NCBI GenBank assembly: GCA_963981035.1
Contig: CAXCCF010000004.1
Location: 1,891 to 65,890 of the forward strand
Reading direction: 5' to 3'
Origin: an uncultured euryarchaeote
GTDB taxonomy: Archaea; Thermoplasmatota; Poseidoniia; Poseidoniales; Poseidoniaceae
DNA: 64,000 bases
Below the pieces are notes generated by a model. It was not told the origin of the DNA. It made no database searches and saw nothing but the letters and a program-made list of their open reading frames with translations. Positions 1 through 9,562 of this stretch are shown here, in pieces; the stretch's first letter is position 1, and each line of letters begins with the position of its first letter. A program made the translations under genes and the position numbers.

Positions 1-676
1 TCTTGACAAATGCAAGTTCTCTTGCTTCATCTCCGTCAAATCTATCCTTGAGGTTCTTGTCGTGTTGGATAGCGATGATTACAGTATGGACTCCTTTGAT
101 ACTACCATCTTCAGCATATTCAACTGTCACTTGAGATTTACCATCAGGGCGAGCCCATGGCAATATTCCTTGTTCGCGTACTGCGCTGAGGCGGCGAGTC
201 AATTTCTGTGATAGTGCTGCTGCTAAAGGGAAATACTTGCCTTTTAATTCCGCAAATGATTCTGTTTCAGTACAGGCATATCCGAACATTAATCCTTGAT
301 CTCCTGCACCTTGTTGAAGTCCATCTTTGTTAACTCCTTGAGCGATATTTGCGGCTTGAGTGGTGATGTGAACTTGTACATCGCACAACTCATCCGAAGT
401 TGCATCCATACCAATATCGTGACTTGTATAGCCGATAGATGCAGCGGTATTTCGAGCAATCGCTTGGTAATCGGGAGTGTTTCCTGAAAGAGAAACCTCT
501 CCTGCCAATACGATTAGGCTGGCATCATCTTTACCTTTTACACATGTTTCAACAGCAACTCTTGCATTTGAGTCTACAGCGAGACAAGCATCAACAATTG
601 CATCTGAAATCGCATCGCATAATTTGTCAGGGTGTCCGCTAGTAACGGATTCAGAGGAGAACAGGTCGGCCAACAT
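1..676 (-). CDS. metK: S-adenosylmethionine synthetase, bacterial/eukaryotic MetK type; N-terminal ~225 codons only (gene runs off the window start)
   Basis: Absent from the ORF track because no stop lies in the window. Manual translation from ATG (676-674) gives MLADLFSSESVTSGHPDKLCDAISDAIVDACL...QQGAGDQGLMFGYAC...LPWARPDGKSQVTVEY. The GHPDK and GAGDQG MetK signatures appear in the right order. Confidence 0.9.
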   Translation of the reverse strand, partial: MLADLFSSESVTSGHPDKLCDAISDAIVDACLAVDSNARVAVETCVKGKDDASLIVLAGEVSLSGNTPDYQAIARNTAASIGYTSHDIGMDATSDELCDVQVHITTQAANIAQGVNKDGLQQGAGDQGLMFGYACTETESFAELKGKYFPLAAALSQKLTRRLSAVREQGILPWARPDGKSQVTVEYAEDGSIKGVHTVIIAIQHDKNLKDRFDGDEARELAFVK

Positions 677-847
677 ACACCGCCCCCCATGACAATCATT
701 TATGAATAATGCGCCTATTATTGCAATAAAATATTCTTAAGCGTAATATTTTGGCCAATAATTCCACTTTTTGTGATACAATATTGTCCCAATCGCAGTA
801 AATGTTGAACCGATGTTTTGATGTGAGGTTGATTGCCCCGCAACACC

Positions 848-2254
848 ATGAGCCTCTATATCCCAACCACATATCGCACCCATACTCTTGGTGAAATTCA
901 GAGCAAGGGAGCAGAACTTGTTGATAGTGAAGTGACTATTGCAGGCTTTATGGAAGCAAATCGCGGAAAGGGTGCAATTTGTTTTGTTGACCTAAGAGAT
1001 GGTACTGGAAAAACCCAAGTTTTTCTAAAGCAAGACAATATTGGTGAAGAAGCACTTGATATGGTTCAGAGAATGACCCGTGAATCAACTCTGCAATTCA
1101 CTGGTACTGTTTCTCAGAAACGCCCACCGAAGACAAAGGAAGGAGAACCAACTCCTCCGCCAGCATACGAAGTTGTAGCAACTTCTGTAAATCTAATCGC
1201 ACGTGCGCAGGCACCACTACCGCTTGGAGTTACAGACACTGTTCACGTTGCACTTGATACACGACTTGACAACCGTTTCCTAGATCTTCGTCGCTCACAT
1301 GTCAATGCAATGTTCCGTCTTCGCGGAAAGGTATTGCAATATGGTCGTGAGAAATTAAACAGCGAAGGTTTTGTTGAAACACATACTCCGAAAATTGTTG
1401 CTACTGCGACAGAAGGTGGCACTGATTTGTTTCCAATGACCTATTTTGACACACCTGCATTCCTTAACCAATCACCACAATTATTCAAGCAATTATGTAT
1501 GTCAGGAGGGCTTGAAAGAATTTACGAAATCGGCCCTGCATTTAGAGCAGAAAAACACGACACTTATCGCCATTTAAATGAATTTATTTCATTTGATATT
1601 GAATGCTCTTGGGCTAATGATGAAGATGTGATGGGAGTTTTAGAAAGAATGATTCACCATATGTGGCAATCCATTTCTGTTGATGAAGAATGCCTTGCCC
1701 ACATAGATACTATCAACCAATATAGAGCAACTCAAGGAGAAGAGCCTATCGAAGTAATTGTTCCTGAACTACCGTTCCCTCGCGTCTCATATTGTGATGC
1801 AATTAGAATCATCAAAGAGAAGGGCGGCAAGATTGAATGGGGCGATGACATTGATGCAGAGAACTCAGATTTGTTGGCCGTTGATTTGCCGCAATTCTAT
1901 TTCCTACCACAGTGGCCTATGGACCTTAAGCCATTTTACATCCATCACATCGAGGGAGAAAATGGCAGCACTGGTCGCCAATTAAGTAGAGGGTTTGACC
2001 TGAACTTCGGAAGAGATGAGTTGACCTCTGGAGGACAGAGAGAACACCGAATGGATGTCCTAATAGAGAACCTAAAGGATATGGATTTGGACCCTGAAGA
2101 ATTTGAATTCTATGTCGCTGGATTCCGTCATGGAGTTCCACCGCATGCAGGTTGGGGTCTTGGAGTTGAAAGAATACTAATGAAATTGACAGGAGCAAAG
2201 AACGTTCGCGAAACTGTTCTCTTCCCTCGTGATAGAAAGCGAATTTGTCCTTGA
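848..2254 (+). CDS. aspS: Aspartyl-tRNA synthetase, archaeal/eukaryotic type (class IIb)
   Basis: NQSPQLFKQ, motif 2 FRAEKHDTYRHLNEF, motif 3 GWGLGVERILM, C-terminal FPRDRKRICP; ~468 aa. Track start 833 is TTG; the first ATG is 848. Confidence 0.9.
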   Translation: MSLYIPTTYRTHTLGEIQSKGAELVDSEVTIAGFMEANRGKGAICFVDLRDGTGKTQVFLKQDNIGEEALDMVQRMTRESTLQFTGTVSQKRPPKTKEGEPTPPPAYEVVATSVNLIARAQAPLPLGVTDTVHVALDTRLDNRFLDLRRSHVNAMFRLRGKVLQYGREKLNSEGFVETHTPKIVATATEGGTDLFPMTYFDTPAFLNQSPQLFKQLCMSGGLERIYEIGPAFRAEKHDTYRHLNEFISFDIECSWANDEDVMGVLERMIHHMWQSISVDEECLAHIDTINQYRATQGEEPIEVIVPELPFPRVSYCDAIRIIKEKGGKIEWGDDIDAENSDLLAVDLPQFYFLPQWPMDLKPFYIHHIEGENGSTGRQLSRGFDLNFGRDELTSGGQREHRMDVLIENLKDMDLDPEEFEFYVAGFRHGVPPHAGWGLGVERILMKLTGAKNVRETVLFPRDRKRICP

Positions 2255-2306
2255 TTTCATAAAAAGTGACCGAAAATAACGGGTATCTAAAGCCCCTCGC
2301 AGTAAC

Positions 2307-3053
2307 ATGGCCTGCGATAGAATGCAATGGGGTGCGGAAACATGGCAATATGCTGATTTGTATATGCCAGATGATGAATCCCCATTCCAAAAGGCAGGGA
2401 ATGTCCCTTGTGTGATGTTAATTCATGGTGGTTTTTGGAAGGAAAAATTCACCTCTGAATTAATGAAACCAATTGCTGAAGACCTCGCGGAGGCTGGAAT
2501 TGCAGCTTGGAATATTGAATTCAAGCGTTGGAAAGAGGGTGATGAGGGAGTTTGGATGGATACACTTTCTGATATTATGCGAGCATGGGGTCAACTTGCA
2601 TTATTGCCAAATATTGATGTTCAAAGAACGATGATTATGGGACATTCTTCGGGCGGCCACTTGGCCTTGTTATTGGCTGCTAAAGCCGAACGTAAGCCAT
2701 GGTTAACAATTGCTCAAGCACCAATCACCGACCTGATTGACGCAGATGCTAGCGAATTATCTGACGAAGGCGATGCTGCAAGAAGATGGATCGGCTGTTC
2801 ACCACAACAGAATCCAACTCTATGGCAGCAATTAAACCCAATATCCAATCCTGCTGATTGCCCAATACTACTCGTTCATGGCAAGGAAGATATGGAAGTG
2901 CCAATGAAGCAATCCGAGTCCTATGCAAAAATGATGAAAGATATTGATGATGAAGTAAATGAATTGTGGTTGCCTGGTGATCATTTTTCAATTATTGATG
3001 CCGCAAGTGATGATTGGCTTGTGCAACTTAATTCCATTACAGATTGGCTTTGA
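2307..3053 (+). CDS. Alpha/beta-hydrolase, arylformamidase (AFMID/Bna7)-like esterase
   Basis: HGG-type oxyanion motif IHGGFWKEKF, nucleophile elbow GHSSGGH, later HGKEDMEV and GDHFS (acid/His candidates). The motif pattern matches my memory of alpha/beta-fold kynurenine formamidases and Abhydrolase_3 esterases. Confidence 0.6.
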   Translation: MACDRMQWGAETWQYADLYMPDDESPFQKAGNVPCVMLIHGGFWKEKFTSELMKPIAEDLAEAGIAAWNIEFKRWKEGDEGVWMDTLSDIMRAWGQLALLPNIDVQRTMIMGHSSGGHLALLLAAKAERKPWLTIAQAPITDLIDADASELSDEGDAARRWIGCSPQQNPTLWQQLNPISNPADCPILLVHGKEDMEVPMKQSESYAKMMKDIDDEVNELWLPGDHFSIIDAASDDWLVQLNSITDWL

Positions 3054-3114
3054 AACAAAAATGAGTGTTTTGTAAATGCAAATACCTATGATGCAATGCC
3101 GCGTGGCATGACAC

Positions 3115-3930
3115 ATGGACCTCTTAGGTGATGACTACCCTTACTCCAGTACCGCTCTTAGCGGAAAACACGCACTTGTGTGCGGCGCAAGTAAAGGAAT
3201 AGGTGCTGCTACTGCAAAATTTTTGGCAAAGGCGGGCGCGAGTGTTACTGTCTGTGCACGTAATACTGAGGCTTTGGACAAATTGTGTACGGAACTTTCG
3301 TCATTGGGTAATGGCTCACATTCATCTCTTACACTCGACCTTGAAAATACTGAAGCAATAAAACCAGCCCTAGATTCTCTTATTTCCGATAAAGGTGTCA
3401 TTCACATCCTAATCAATAATGCAGCCGGACCAAAAGGCGGGCCACTTCTTGGAGTTGAATTGTCTGATTTAGAAGGACCTTTCAAGCGTCACCTACATGC
3501 TGCACATACGATGGTTCAGTCAGTAGTTCCGGGAATGGAATCACAAGGATATGGGCGTATCATTCAAATTATTTCTACCTCTGTTAAGGAACCTATTCCG
3601 AACCTCGGATTGTCAAATACTCTAAGAGGTGCAATGGCTTCATGGTCCAAAACTCTGTCAAGAGAATTGCCTGCTTGCATTACAATTAACAATGTCCTAC
3701 CTGGTTTTACCGACACTGAAAGATTGGGTTCATTAGCCGCATCAATCAATGAAAAAACTGGAAAGAGCGTTGATGATATTCATCACAATTGGATGGTTCA
3801 AGTACCGATTGGTCGTTTGATAAACCCACTTGAAACAGCATCTGCTATTGCTTTCCTTACACTACCTGCATCTGGGGGAATACGTGGTGTTTCACTTGCA
3901 GTCGATGGTGGAAGATTGCGCTCAATCTGA
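3115..3930 (+). CDS. Short-chain dehydrogenase/reductase (SDR) family protein, atypical active site
   Basis: Rossmann motif VCGASKGIGAA, NNAAG, PGFTDT. The usual Tyr-x3-Lys is replaced by SNTLR (3613-3627). Confidence 0.75.
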   Translation: MDLLGDDYPYSSTALSGKHALVCGASKGIGAATAKFLAKAGASVTVCARNTEALDKLCTELSSLGNGSHSSLTLDLENTEAIKPALDSLISDKGVIHILINNAAGPKGGPLLGVELSDLEGPFKRHLHAAHTMVQSVVPGMESQGYGRIIQIISTSVKEPIPNLGLSNTLRGAMASWSKTLSRELPACITINNVLPGFTDTERLGSLAASINEKTGKSVDDIHHNWMVQVPIGRLINPLETASAIAFLTLPASGGIRGVSLAVDGGRLRSI

Positions 3931-3969
3931 TGCACATCTTCAAAAACGAAAGGCTAAGGAGGGGAAAAT

Positions 3970-4812
3970 ATGCAAAGTTCAGTAAGTCCTGAAAGGGCTA
4001 AGATGATCCTAGAGATGCTGACTTCAGGTGGTGCAATGAGTGATATTAACACTCCATTGGCTCTACGATTAATTCCTCTTGCGATAGAACTTGACGACAT
4101 GGAGTTGGCTGAGAGATTACTTGACCATGCGGCTAATGTTGCAGAAAATGAGATAGAATCGGGTTGGACGAAATTTGAAACTCTAAAGCATATCAATGCT
4201 GGAATTGATACTTTCAATCAATTAGCTGTTGAATCTGAGCAATTAAGTGAAGGTGAACGATTAGCAGCAGCAGTTCTTCATCATGTTTCATTATTGCAAC
4301 TTGCTGCAGATAACCTAGATGATGCTAAACTTAGCGCTTCAAGAGCACTTCGAATTAGAGAAGAAATTGAAGATTCAAGTGGAATTGTATACGGCATTGC
4401 AGTTTTAGAAGCAATTGCAAAGAAGCAAAACGATATTGATACTGCAATTGCCCTAGGAACTAGAAGAGTTGAAATCTTGATGCGAGATAATGATGAAGAT
4501 GGTCAGGTTGAAGCAATGTCTGACTTGGCTCATAGCCAAGCAACAGTGGGCCATTTTGATTCAGCCCGAGACCTTTACACTGAATCTTTGGAAATCGCAA
4601 AAAGGTTGGAAGATTTATCGGGACAATTAGTTGCATATTGGGGACTAGCAGACCTTTGTGAAATTAATGAAGACTACGAATCTGCAATGATACATCTCTC
4701 TGATTGCTTACATGCATTCCTTGAACAAAACCTTCCTGCTCCAACTCAAGTACGAATTAGAATAAATGCATTAGCAGATATTCAAGATAATCCAACTAAG
4801 AATAACGAATAA
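3970..4812 (+). CDS. Hypothetical all-alpha, TPR-like repeat protein
   Basis: Repeated ~40-aa Leu/Ala/Asp/Glu-rich helical units (ARDLYTESLEIAKRLED, YESAMIHLSDCL). AGGAGGGG Shine-Dalgarno-like site just upstream of the ATG. No specific family recognised. Confidence 0.45.
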   Translation: MQSSVSPERAKMILEMLTSGGAMSDINTPLALRLIPLAIELDDMELAERLLDHAANVAENEIESGWTKFETLKHINAGIDTFNQLAVESEQLSEGERLAAAVLHHVSLLQLAADNLDDAKLSASRALRIREEIEDSSGIVYGIAVLEAIAKKQNDIDTAIALGTRRVEILMRDNDEDGQVEAMSDLAHSQATVGHFDSARDLYTESLEIAKRLEDLSGQLVAYWGLADLCEINEDYESAMIHLSDCLHAFLEQNLPAPTQVRIRINALADIQDNPTKNNE

Positions 4813-4815
4813 TAA

Positions 4816-6258
4816 TCAATGTTTGACACAAACATTGGTCATCTCGGAAAAGAATGAGAGTGACCAACGGCCACCTTCCCTGCCAACTCCAGAGTTCTTT
4901 ACTCCACCAAATGGTGTCCGTAAATCTCTATGCAACCATGTGTTAACCCAAACGATTCCACTTTCAACCCTCTTGGCCAATTCTTTTCCTCTTTCAGCAT
5001 CTTCAGTCCAAATAGAACCTGCCAGACCATATTCGGTGCAATTGGCCATCTCTATCGCTTCATCATCAGTAGAAAAGGAATGGAGTGTGACAACAGGGCC
5101 AAAAATTTCTTCGGTAGAAGTCCTTGAAAGATGTTCTAATCCTCCTATTACAGTTGGCCGGATGAATGCACCTGCTGGATTTGGACCAACTTGTCCAGTC
5201 ATTGCTCGGCTCCCTCCACTGAGTATTTCTCCACCTTCTTCAATTGCTAAATCGATATATGATTCAATTTTTTGTAAGTGTTCCATAGAAATTACTGAAC
5301 CCATTTGTGTAGATTCGTCGCTTGGGTCCCCTACTATCATTGCATCGACTTGCTCAACAAATCTCTTGCAGAATTCGTCATATTTTGAGTGATGAATTAG
5401 TATTCTTGAACCACACAGGCAAACTTGTCCAGAGTTGGTAAATGCAGCTCTTACAGCACCTGGAACAACAGTGTCTAAATCTGCATCATCTAGGATTATC
5501 GTAGCATTTTTCCCTCCCAATTCCAGTGATAATTTCTTGAATAATGGTGCTGCTGTTCTAGCAACAATACGCCCTGTCGAAGTACCTCCTGTAAATGAAA
5601 TCCCACTGATATGAGGGTTCTCAAGAATGGCTTGACCGACTTCTGGCCCCAAACCATGAACAAGATTGAATACACCTTCTGGGAGGTTTATTCTCTGCAT
5701 GGTTTTGGCCAACAAATCTGCGCTGAGTGGTGTGATTTCGGAAGGTTTTGCAATAATGCAATTACCCATTAGCAATGCTGGTGCCACCTTCCACGTCAAG
5801 AGGTAAAGTGGTAGATTCCATGGAGTGATTAGCCCTACGATTCCAAGCGGTGATGTGTGAACAAAGTTAGTAGCATCAGACATCTCAAAGGTGAGTGGTT
5901 CTTGACCTCTAGCGAATTTTGCAAAGAAACGGAAATTGCTAATTGAACGAGTTGCGTCAACTGAACGGGCTAAAGAAATCGGTTTTCCCGTATCAAGCGA
6001 CTCTATCTGAGCGATTTCTTCCTTTATTTCCTCTAATGCATCTGCTATTTTATCCAACCAATCTGCTCTTTGTAACATGGTTAATGCAGCCCATTTCGGT
6101 AATGCCTGATTGGCAGCCAATACCGCAGCATCAACATCTGATATCGAGGCTCTTGGAATTTTTGCGATGAGTTCACCATTTGCTGGATTTGTATCATCCA
6201 TCATTCGCCCTTCAATTGGTGGCGTGAATGTTCCATCAATGAAATTGCTAATTATCAT
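4816..6258 (-). CDS. Aldehyde dehydrogenase, 2-hydroxy/2-aminomuconate-semialdehyde dehydrogenase (ALDH8)-like
   Basis: ALDH motifs ELGGKN and QVCLCGSR (catalytic Cys). LARSVDATRSISNFRFFA matches the DIPRxxxNFRFFA hallmark of the HMSD/AMSDH/ALDH8A1 clade as I remember it. Track start 6264 is TTG; ATG at 6258 has GGAGG about 8 nt upstream. Confidence 0.8.
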   Translation of the reverse strand: MIISNFIDGTFTPPIEGRMMDDTNPANGELIAKIPRASISDVDAAVLAANQALPKWAALTMLQRADWLDKIADALEEIKEEIAQIESLDTGKPISLARSVDATRSISNFRFFAKFARGQEPLTFEMSDATNFVHTSPLGIVGLITPWNLPLYLLTWKVAPALLMGNCIIAKPSEITPLSADLLAKTMQRINLPEGVFNLVHGLGPEVGQAILENPHISGISFTGGTSTGRIVARTAAPLFKKLSLELGGKNATIILDDADLDTVVPGAVRAAFTNSGQVCLCGSRILIHHSKYDEFCKRFVEQVDAMIVGDPSDESTQMGSVISMEHLQKIESYIDLAIEEGGEILSGGSRAMTGQVGPNPAGAFIRPTVIGGLEHLSRTSTEEIFGPVVTLHSFSTDDEAIEMANCTEYGLAGSIWTEDAERGKELAKRVESGIVWVNTWLHRDLRTPFGGVKNSGVGREGGRWSLSFFSEMTNVCVKH

Positions 6259-6260
6259 TT

Positions 6261-7376
6261 TCAAACCTCCACATCATATAGCCAGCGGTCACTATCTGGA
6301 TCCCATTCATCCCATGTTGGAAGTATGCTTAATTGTTGCAAATATTTTTCTGGCACAATACCTGGAACTACGAATGCCTTTTGTCGATTCAGTGGATATG
6401 GATTTCTTAAATCAATTCCAAGTACGCCTAAGACTGCTCTAGCAATATACCAAGTTGCCTGCGAGTTCCAGCCGTGAGCAATCTTGACGACAATGCCTAG
6501 ACCCTTTGGATAATCTGGATGTTCAATCGCTAAACCGAGCAAACCATCTGCGCCTTCCTTGGCGATTACCTTTCCCTCACCAGCTTTCAAGACTGTTGAA
6601 TCTAATCGATTGAATCCTCCAACCAAATCTGGATGTTTTATCATCGCTTCCCATATCCAATCTTTGTCTTTATCTCGAACAAGTCCTGCGTAAATTTGTG
6701 CTAATTCGGCGACAGTATTGGAGACAGTAGGTAGTCCGCAGCCATCTTTTGCAATTCGTAATGGCTTCCAATCCTGACCTAGATATTTCCTTAATTCTGT
6801 CATATATGCCTCAAATACTTCGTGTCCTGGCAAAGTATATCCTGCACGATTCCATCCTTTTTTCCTACAACCATACAATATTGCAGAATGTTCACCAGAA
6901 CAGGTGTGGAACCAGCGACGTGGTCTGCGCACTTGTCGCCCGAACTGAATTAACGGTACATCTAATGGAGTTAGCATCAATGGCCATTCAGATTCGTTTA
7001 GCAATGACTGTGCTGCAGCAACATGCTCTGTATCCCCATTGTGAGAAGCGACTGAAATCGCCTTCTGTTCCCAAGTACAATCTTCTAATTCTTCTGTGAA
7101 GGCTTTGAGCATAAATGGCTTCATCATAGAACGGCCATAACACAGAACATTTCCACCAAATGAATGAATGACTTCATCGCCATGTGCCCAAGCAACAGCT
7201 CCGTGAATTGTAGTTTCAGAGACACCATTTCTTCTGTAATCAACTAGTGGCTCCCACGCCACTTCACGACCGGTTGGAATGCCCTCAATTGATTCACCGA
7301 GTGGAGAGGATGGAAACATTGCAGACCCTGGGTTACCGGGTTTTACTGCTGAATGTTTGTCATGATTAATCTCCAT
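6261..7376 (-). CDS. Asparaginase_2 (Rhizobium etli AnsA-type, PF06089-like) family amidohydrolase
   Basis: HTCSGEHSAIL, KDGCGLP and KEGADGLLG motifs in family order. Track start 7385 is GTG; ATG at 7376 is preceded by GGAG. The stop overlaps the start region of the ALDH gene. Confidence 0.6.
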   Translation of the reverse strand: MEINHDKHSAVKPGNPGSAMFPSSPLGESIEGIPTGREVAWEPLVDYRRNGVSETTIHGAVAWAHGDEVIHSFGGNVLCYGRSMMKPFMLKAFTEELEDCTWEQKAISVASHNGDTEHVAAAQSLLNESEWPLMLTPLDVPLIQFGRQVRRPRRWFHTCSGEHSAILYGCRKKGWNRAGYTLPGHEVFEAYMTELRKYLGQDWKPLRIAKDGCGLPTVSNTVAELAQIYAGLVRDKDKDWIWEAMIKHPDLVGGFNRLDSTVLKAGEGKVIAKEGADGLLGLAIEHPDYPKGLGIVVKIAHGWNSQATWYIARAVLGVLGIDLRNPYPLNRQKAFVVPGIVPEKYLQQLSILPTWDEWDPDSDRWLYDVEV

Positions 7377-7381
7377 TATGT

Positions 7382-8638
7382 TCACTCCAAATATTCATTG
7401 ATTAAAGGTACAACTTGCTCCATATATGCAGTCATATTACGGCATACTCTGTCACTATCGTGATTAAAGAAATCAAACCATGCCATGATTCTATCTTGTG
7501 GATGGAAACGCTCAACTATTTGTTTGGCAATATCCTGTGGATTTCCAATTAGAGCATTATTTGATGCATTGGCTACTTTTGCAGGATCAATTGTTCCCTC
7601 CAATGCATTCCAATATGCGCCAAGTGCCACTTTTGCTTCATTTTGTGCCGCTTGAGTTTGTTGCTCAGCAGTAAGTCCCTGCTCTGCGTTGATGAAAACA
7701 AATGAGGTTCTCGGCATGTCACTTCGCTTCCATTGACCTCCATCTTTATGGTATAATCTAGACATCTTTTCATGTGTTGCATCAATGATTTCAGGCTTAG
7801 TAATTGATAGGTTAAACACCTTTACAGGAAGAATGGTATTGACAAATTGTTGTGCTTTTGGGTCATGTGTTCCTGCAATCAATTGCAATAATTGACGGCG
7901 AAAGTTTTGCGGAATAATTTTGATATCCTCAAACACATATCGTTTAGGAATTTCAATCTCTTGTGGAATAGTCTCCAATCCTTCAAACTCAACTGCTGCA
8001 TCTTGTACTGCCTTCCAATCTTCATCACTACGGAAATTATCTCTAGTCAATATGGTCTTGTAGGTTTGTGTTGAATTAATTACATCGCCCCTTAGTAATC
8101 TCAAGAAAATATCACTGGCTTCCATGAAAATTTGTCCTCTTAATGCTGGCCATGCCGCTTCCTCAATTGAATTTCGAGGAACGATTCCATATGGTTTTGC
8201 CATGAATTCAAAGCGACCTGCTGCGAACCCAACGTGTAATTTCCTCTTTTCATTAGCATCCATTCCGTGCAAATTTAGAGTATTTGCAATTCTTTCGGCT
8301 TGGGCAATTGGTCCACCTGAAGCAAGTATTGAAAGAACTGCACTACCAATTTCAATATTTTTTGTTCTTCGCAATGAATCCAATGCTAACTGTGGAAAAT
8401 CGGTACATAGTCCAACTTCACCTTGCCAGTGTGGAACGACAGGTTTGATGTTGCTTTTTTGTATTTCAGTAGATAAATGAGCTTGGGCTAACCAACCAAC
8501 TCCAAAGCCCAATTGGTCAGCACATTGCAATTGTTGGAAGTAATTTGCAAACATTTCTTGCTCGCTTGGAATATGTCCTTCGCTATTGGGAGTTTGACTA
8601 ATTGAGAAGAAAATATCGTGCTCCATACTCGGTCCCAT
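7382..8638 (-). CDS. Luciferase-like (LLM class) flavin-dependent oxidoreductase/monooxygenase
   Basis: The N-terminal pattern ...FFSISQ...ADQLGFGVGWLAQAHLS resembles the LLM TIM-barrel start. ~415 aa. First gene of a tightly packed three-gene minus-strand operon. An alternative ATG lies at 8626. Confidence 0.5.
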   Translation of the reverse strand: MGPSMEHDIFFSISQTPNSEGHIPSEQEMFANYFQQLQCADQLGFGVGWLAQAHLSTEIQKSNIKPVVPHWQGEVGLCTDFPQLALDSLRRTKNIEIGSAVLSILASGGPIAQAERIANTLNLHGMDANEKRKLHVGFAAGRFEFMAKPYGIVPRNSIEEAAWPALRGQIFMEASDIFLRLLRGDVINSTQTYKTILTRDNFRSDEDWKAVQDAAVEFEGLETIPQEIEIPKRYVFEDIKIIPQNFRRQLLQLIAGTHDPKAQQFVNTILPVKVFNLSITKPEIIDATHEKMSRLYHKDGGQWKRSDMPRTSFVFINAEQGLTAEQQTQAAQNEAKVALGAYWNALEGTIDPAKVANASNNALIGNPQDIAKQIVERFHPQDRIMAWFDFFNHDSDRVCRNMTAYMEQVVPLINEYLE

Positions 8639-8717
8639 GCATAGCCAATAAGCGACCGGTCATAACAAATGTGGCGCAGAAAATAGAAGTTCATACCGGC
8701 GATTGTTTGAAGACTAC

Positions 8718-9557
8718 ATGGCTATTGGCAGTGTTATGTCCATTCATGGTCAAGCGAGGAAGGTTACCACTCATACCTTGCAAGAAATGAAGAGTGCTAA
8801 TGAAAAAATTACTATGCTTACAGCCTATGATTTCTCTTTGGCTAAGTTAGTTGACAAAGCAGGTGTTGACATTATTCTCGTAGGAGATTCCGCTTCCAAT
8901 GTAATGGCCGGTCATGCAACAACCGTTCCGATTACACTCGATCACATGATATACCACGCACAATGTGTTGAAAGAGCAGTTGATAGAGCATTGATTGTTG
9001 TTGATATGCCATTTGGTTCATACCAAGGAAATTCTACAGTAGCCCTTGAATCTGCAGTTCGCATTATGAAAGAGTCAAATGGTCATTCTGTAAAATTAGA
9101 AGGAGGGGCTGAAGTTGTTGAATCGGTCAAAAGAATCCTTACTGCCGGAATACCAGTAATGGGTCACCTCGGACTTACCCCTCAGTCGATTTATAAATTT
9201 GGAACCTATACGGTTAGAGCAAAGGAAGAAGAGGAGGCTGCAAAGCTGATATCTGATGCTAAACTTCTCGAAGATGCTGGTTGCTTTGCTATTGTTTTGG
9301 AAAAAATCCCTCGTGAACTTGCCAAGAAAGTGAGCCAAGCAATTTCAATTCCAACTATCGGAATTGGGGCGGGCCCTGATTGCGATGGACAAGTATTGGT
9401 TCTGCATGACCTACTTGGAATCACAATGGATTTCTCACCAAGATTTTTGCGCCGTTACCTGAATTTGTCAGAAGATATCAACAATGCGATCTCTCAATAT
9501 TGTGATGATGTACGTTCGGGGGATTTCCCAAATGAAGACGAGTCATATTCTGAATGA
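8718..9557 (+). CDS. panB: 3-methyl-2-oxobutanoate hydroxymethyltransferase (ketopantoate hydroxymethyltransferase)
   Basis: [34 protein letters not shown] motifs. Track start 8703 is TTG; the first ATG is 8718. Confidence 0.9.
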   Translation: MAIGSVMSIHGQARKVTTHTLQEMKSANEKITMLTAYDFSLAKLVDKAGVDIILVGDSASNVMAGHATTVPITLDHMIYHAQCVERAVDRALIVVDMPFGSYQGNSTVALESAVRIMKESNGHSVKLEGGAEVVESVKRILTAGIPVMGHLGLTPQSIYKFGTYTVRAKEEEEAAKLISDAKLLEDAGCFAIVLEKIPRELAKKVSQAISIPTIGIGAGPDCDGQVLVLHDLLGITMDFSPRFLRRYLNLSEDINNAISQYCDDVRSGDFPNEDESYSE

Positions 9558-9562
9558 TTTTT

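Noticed and set aside
296-692. Three overlapping plus-strand ORFs of 63-71 aa in the ORF track.
   Set aside because: They lie antisense to or out of frame with the clearly recognisable metK coding sequence on the minus strand. They are shadow ORFs.
1926-2390. 154-aa minus-strand ORF overlapping the aspS 3' end and the hydrolase 5' end.
   Set aside because: It is antisense to two well-supported genes, has no motif and has odd composition. Spurious.
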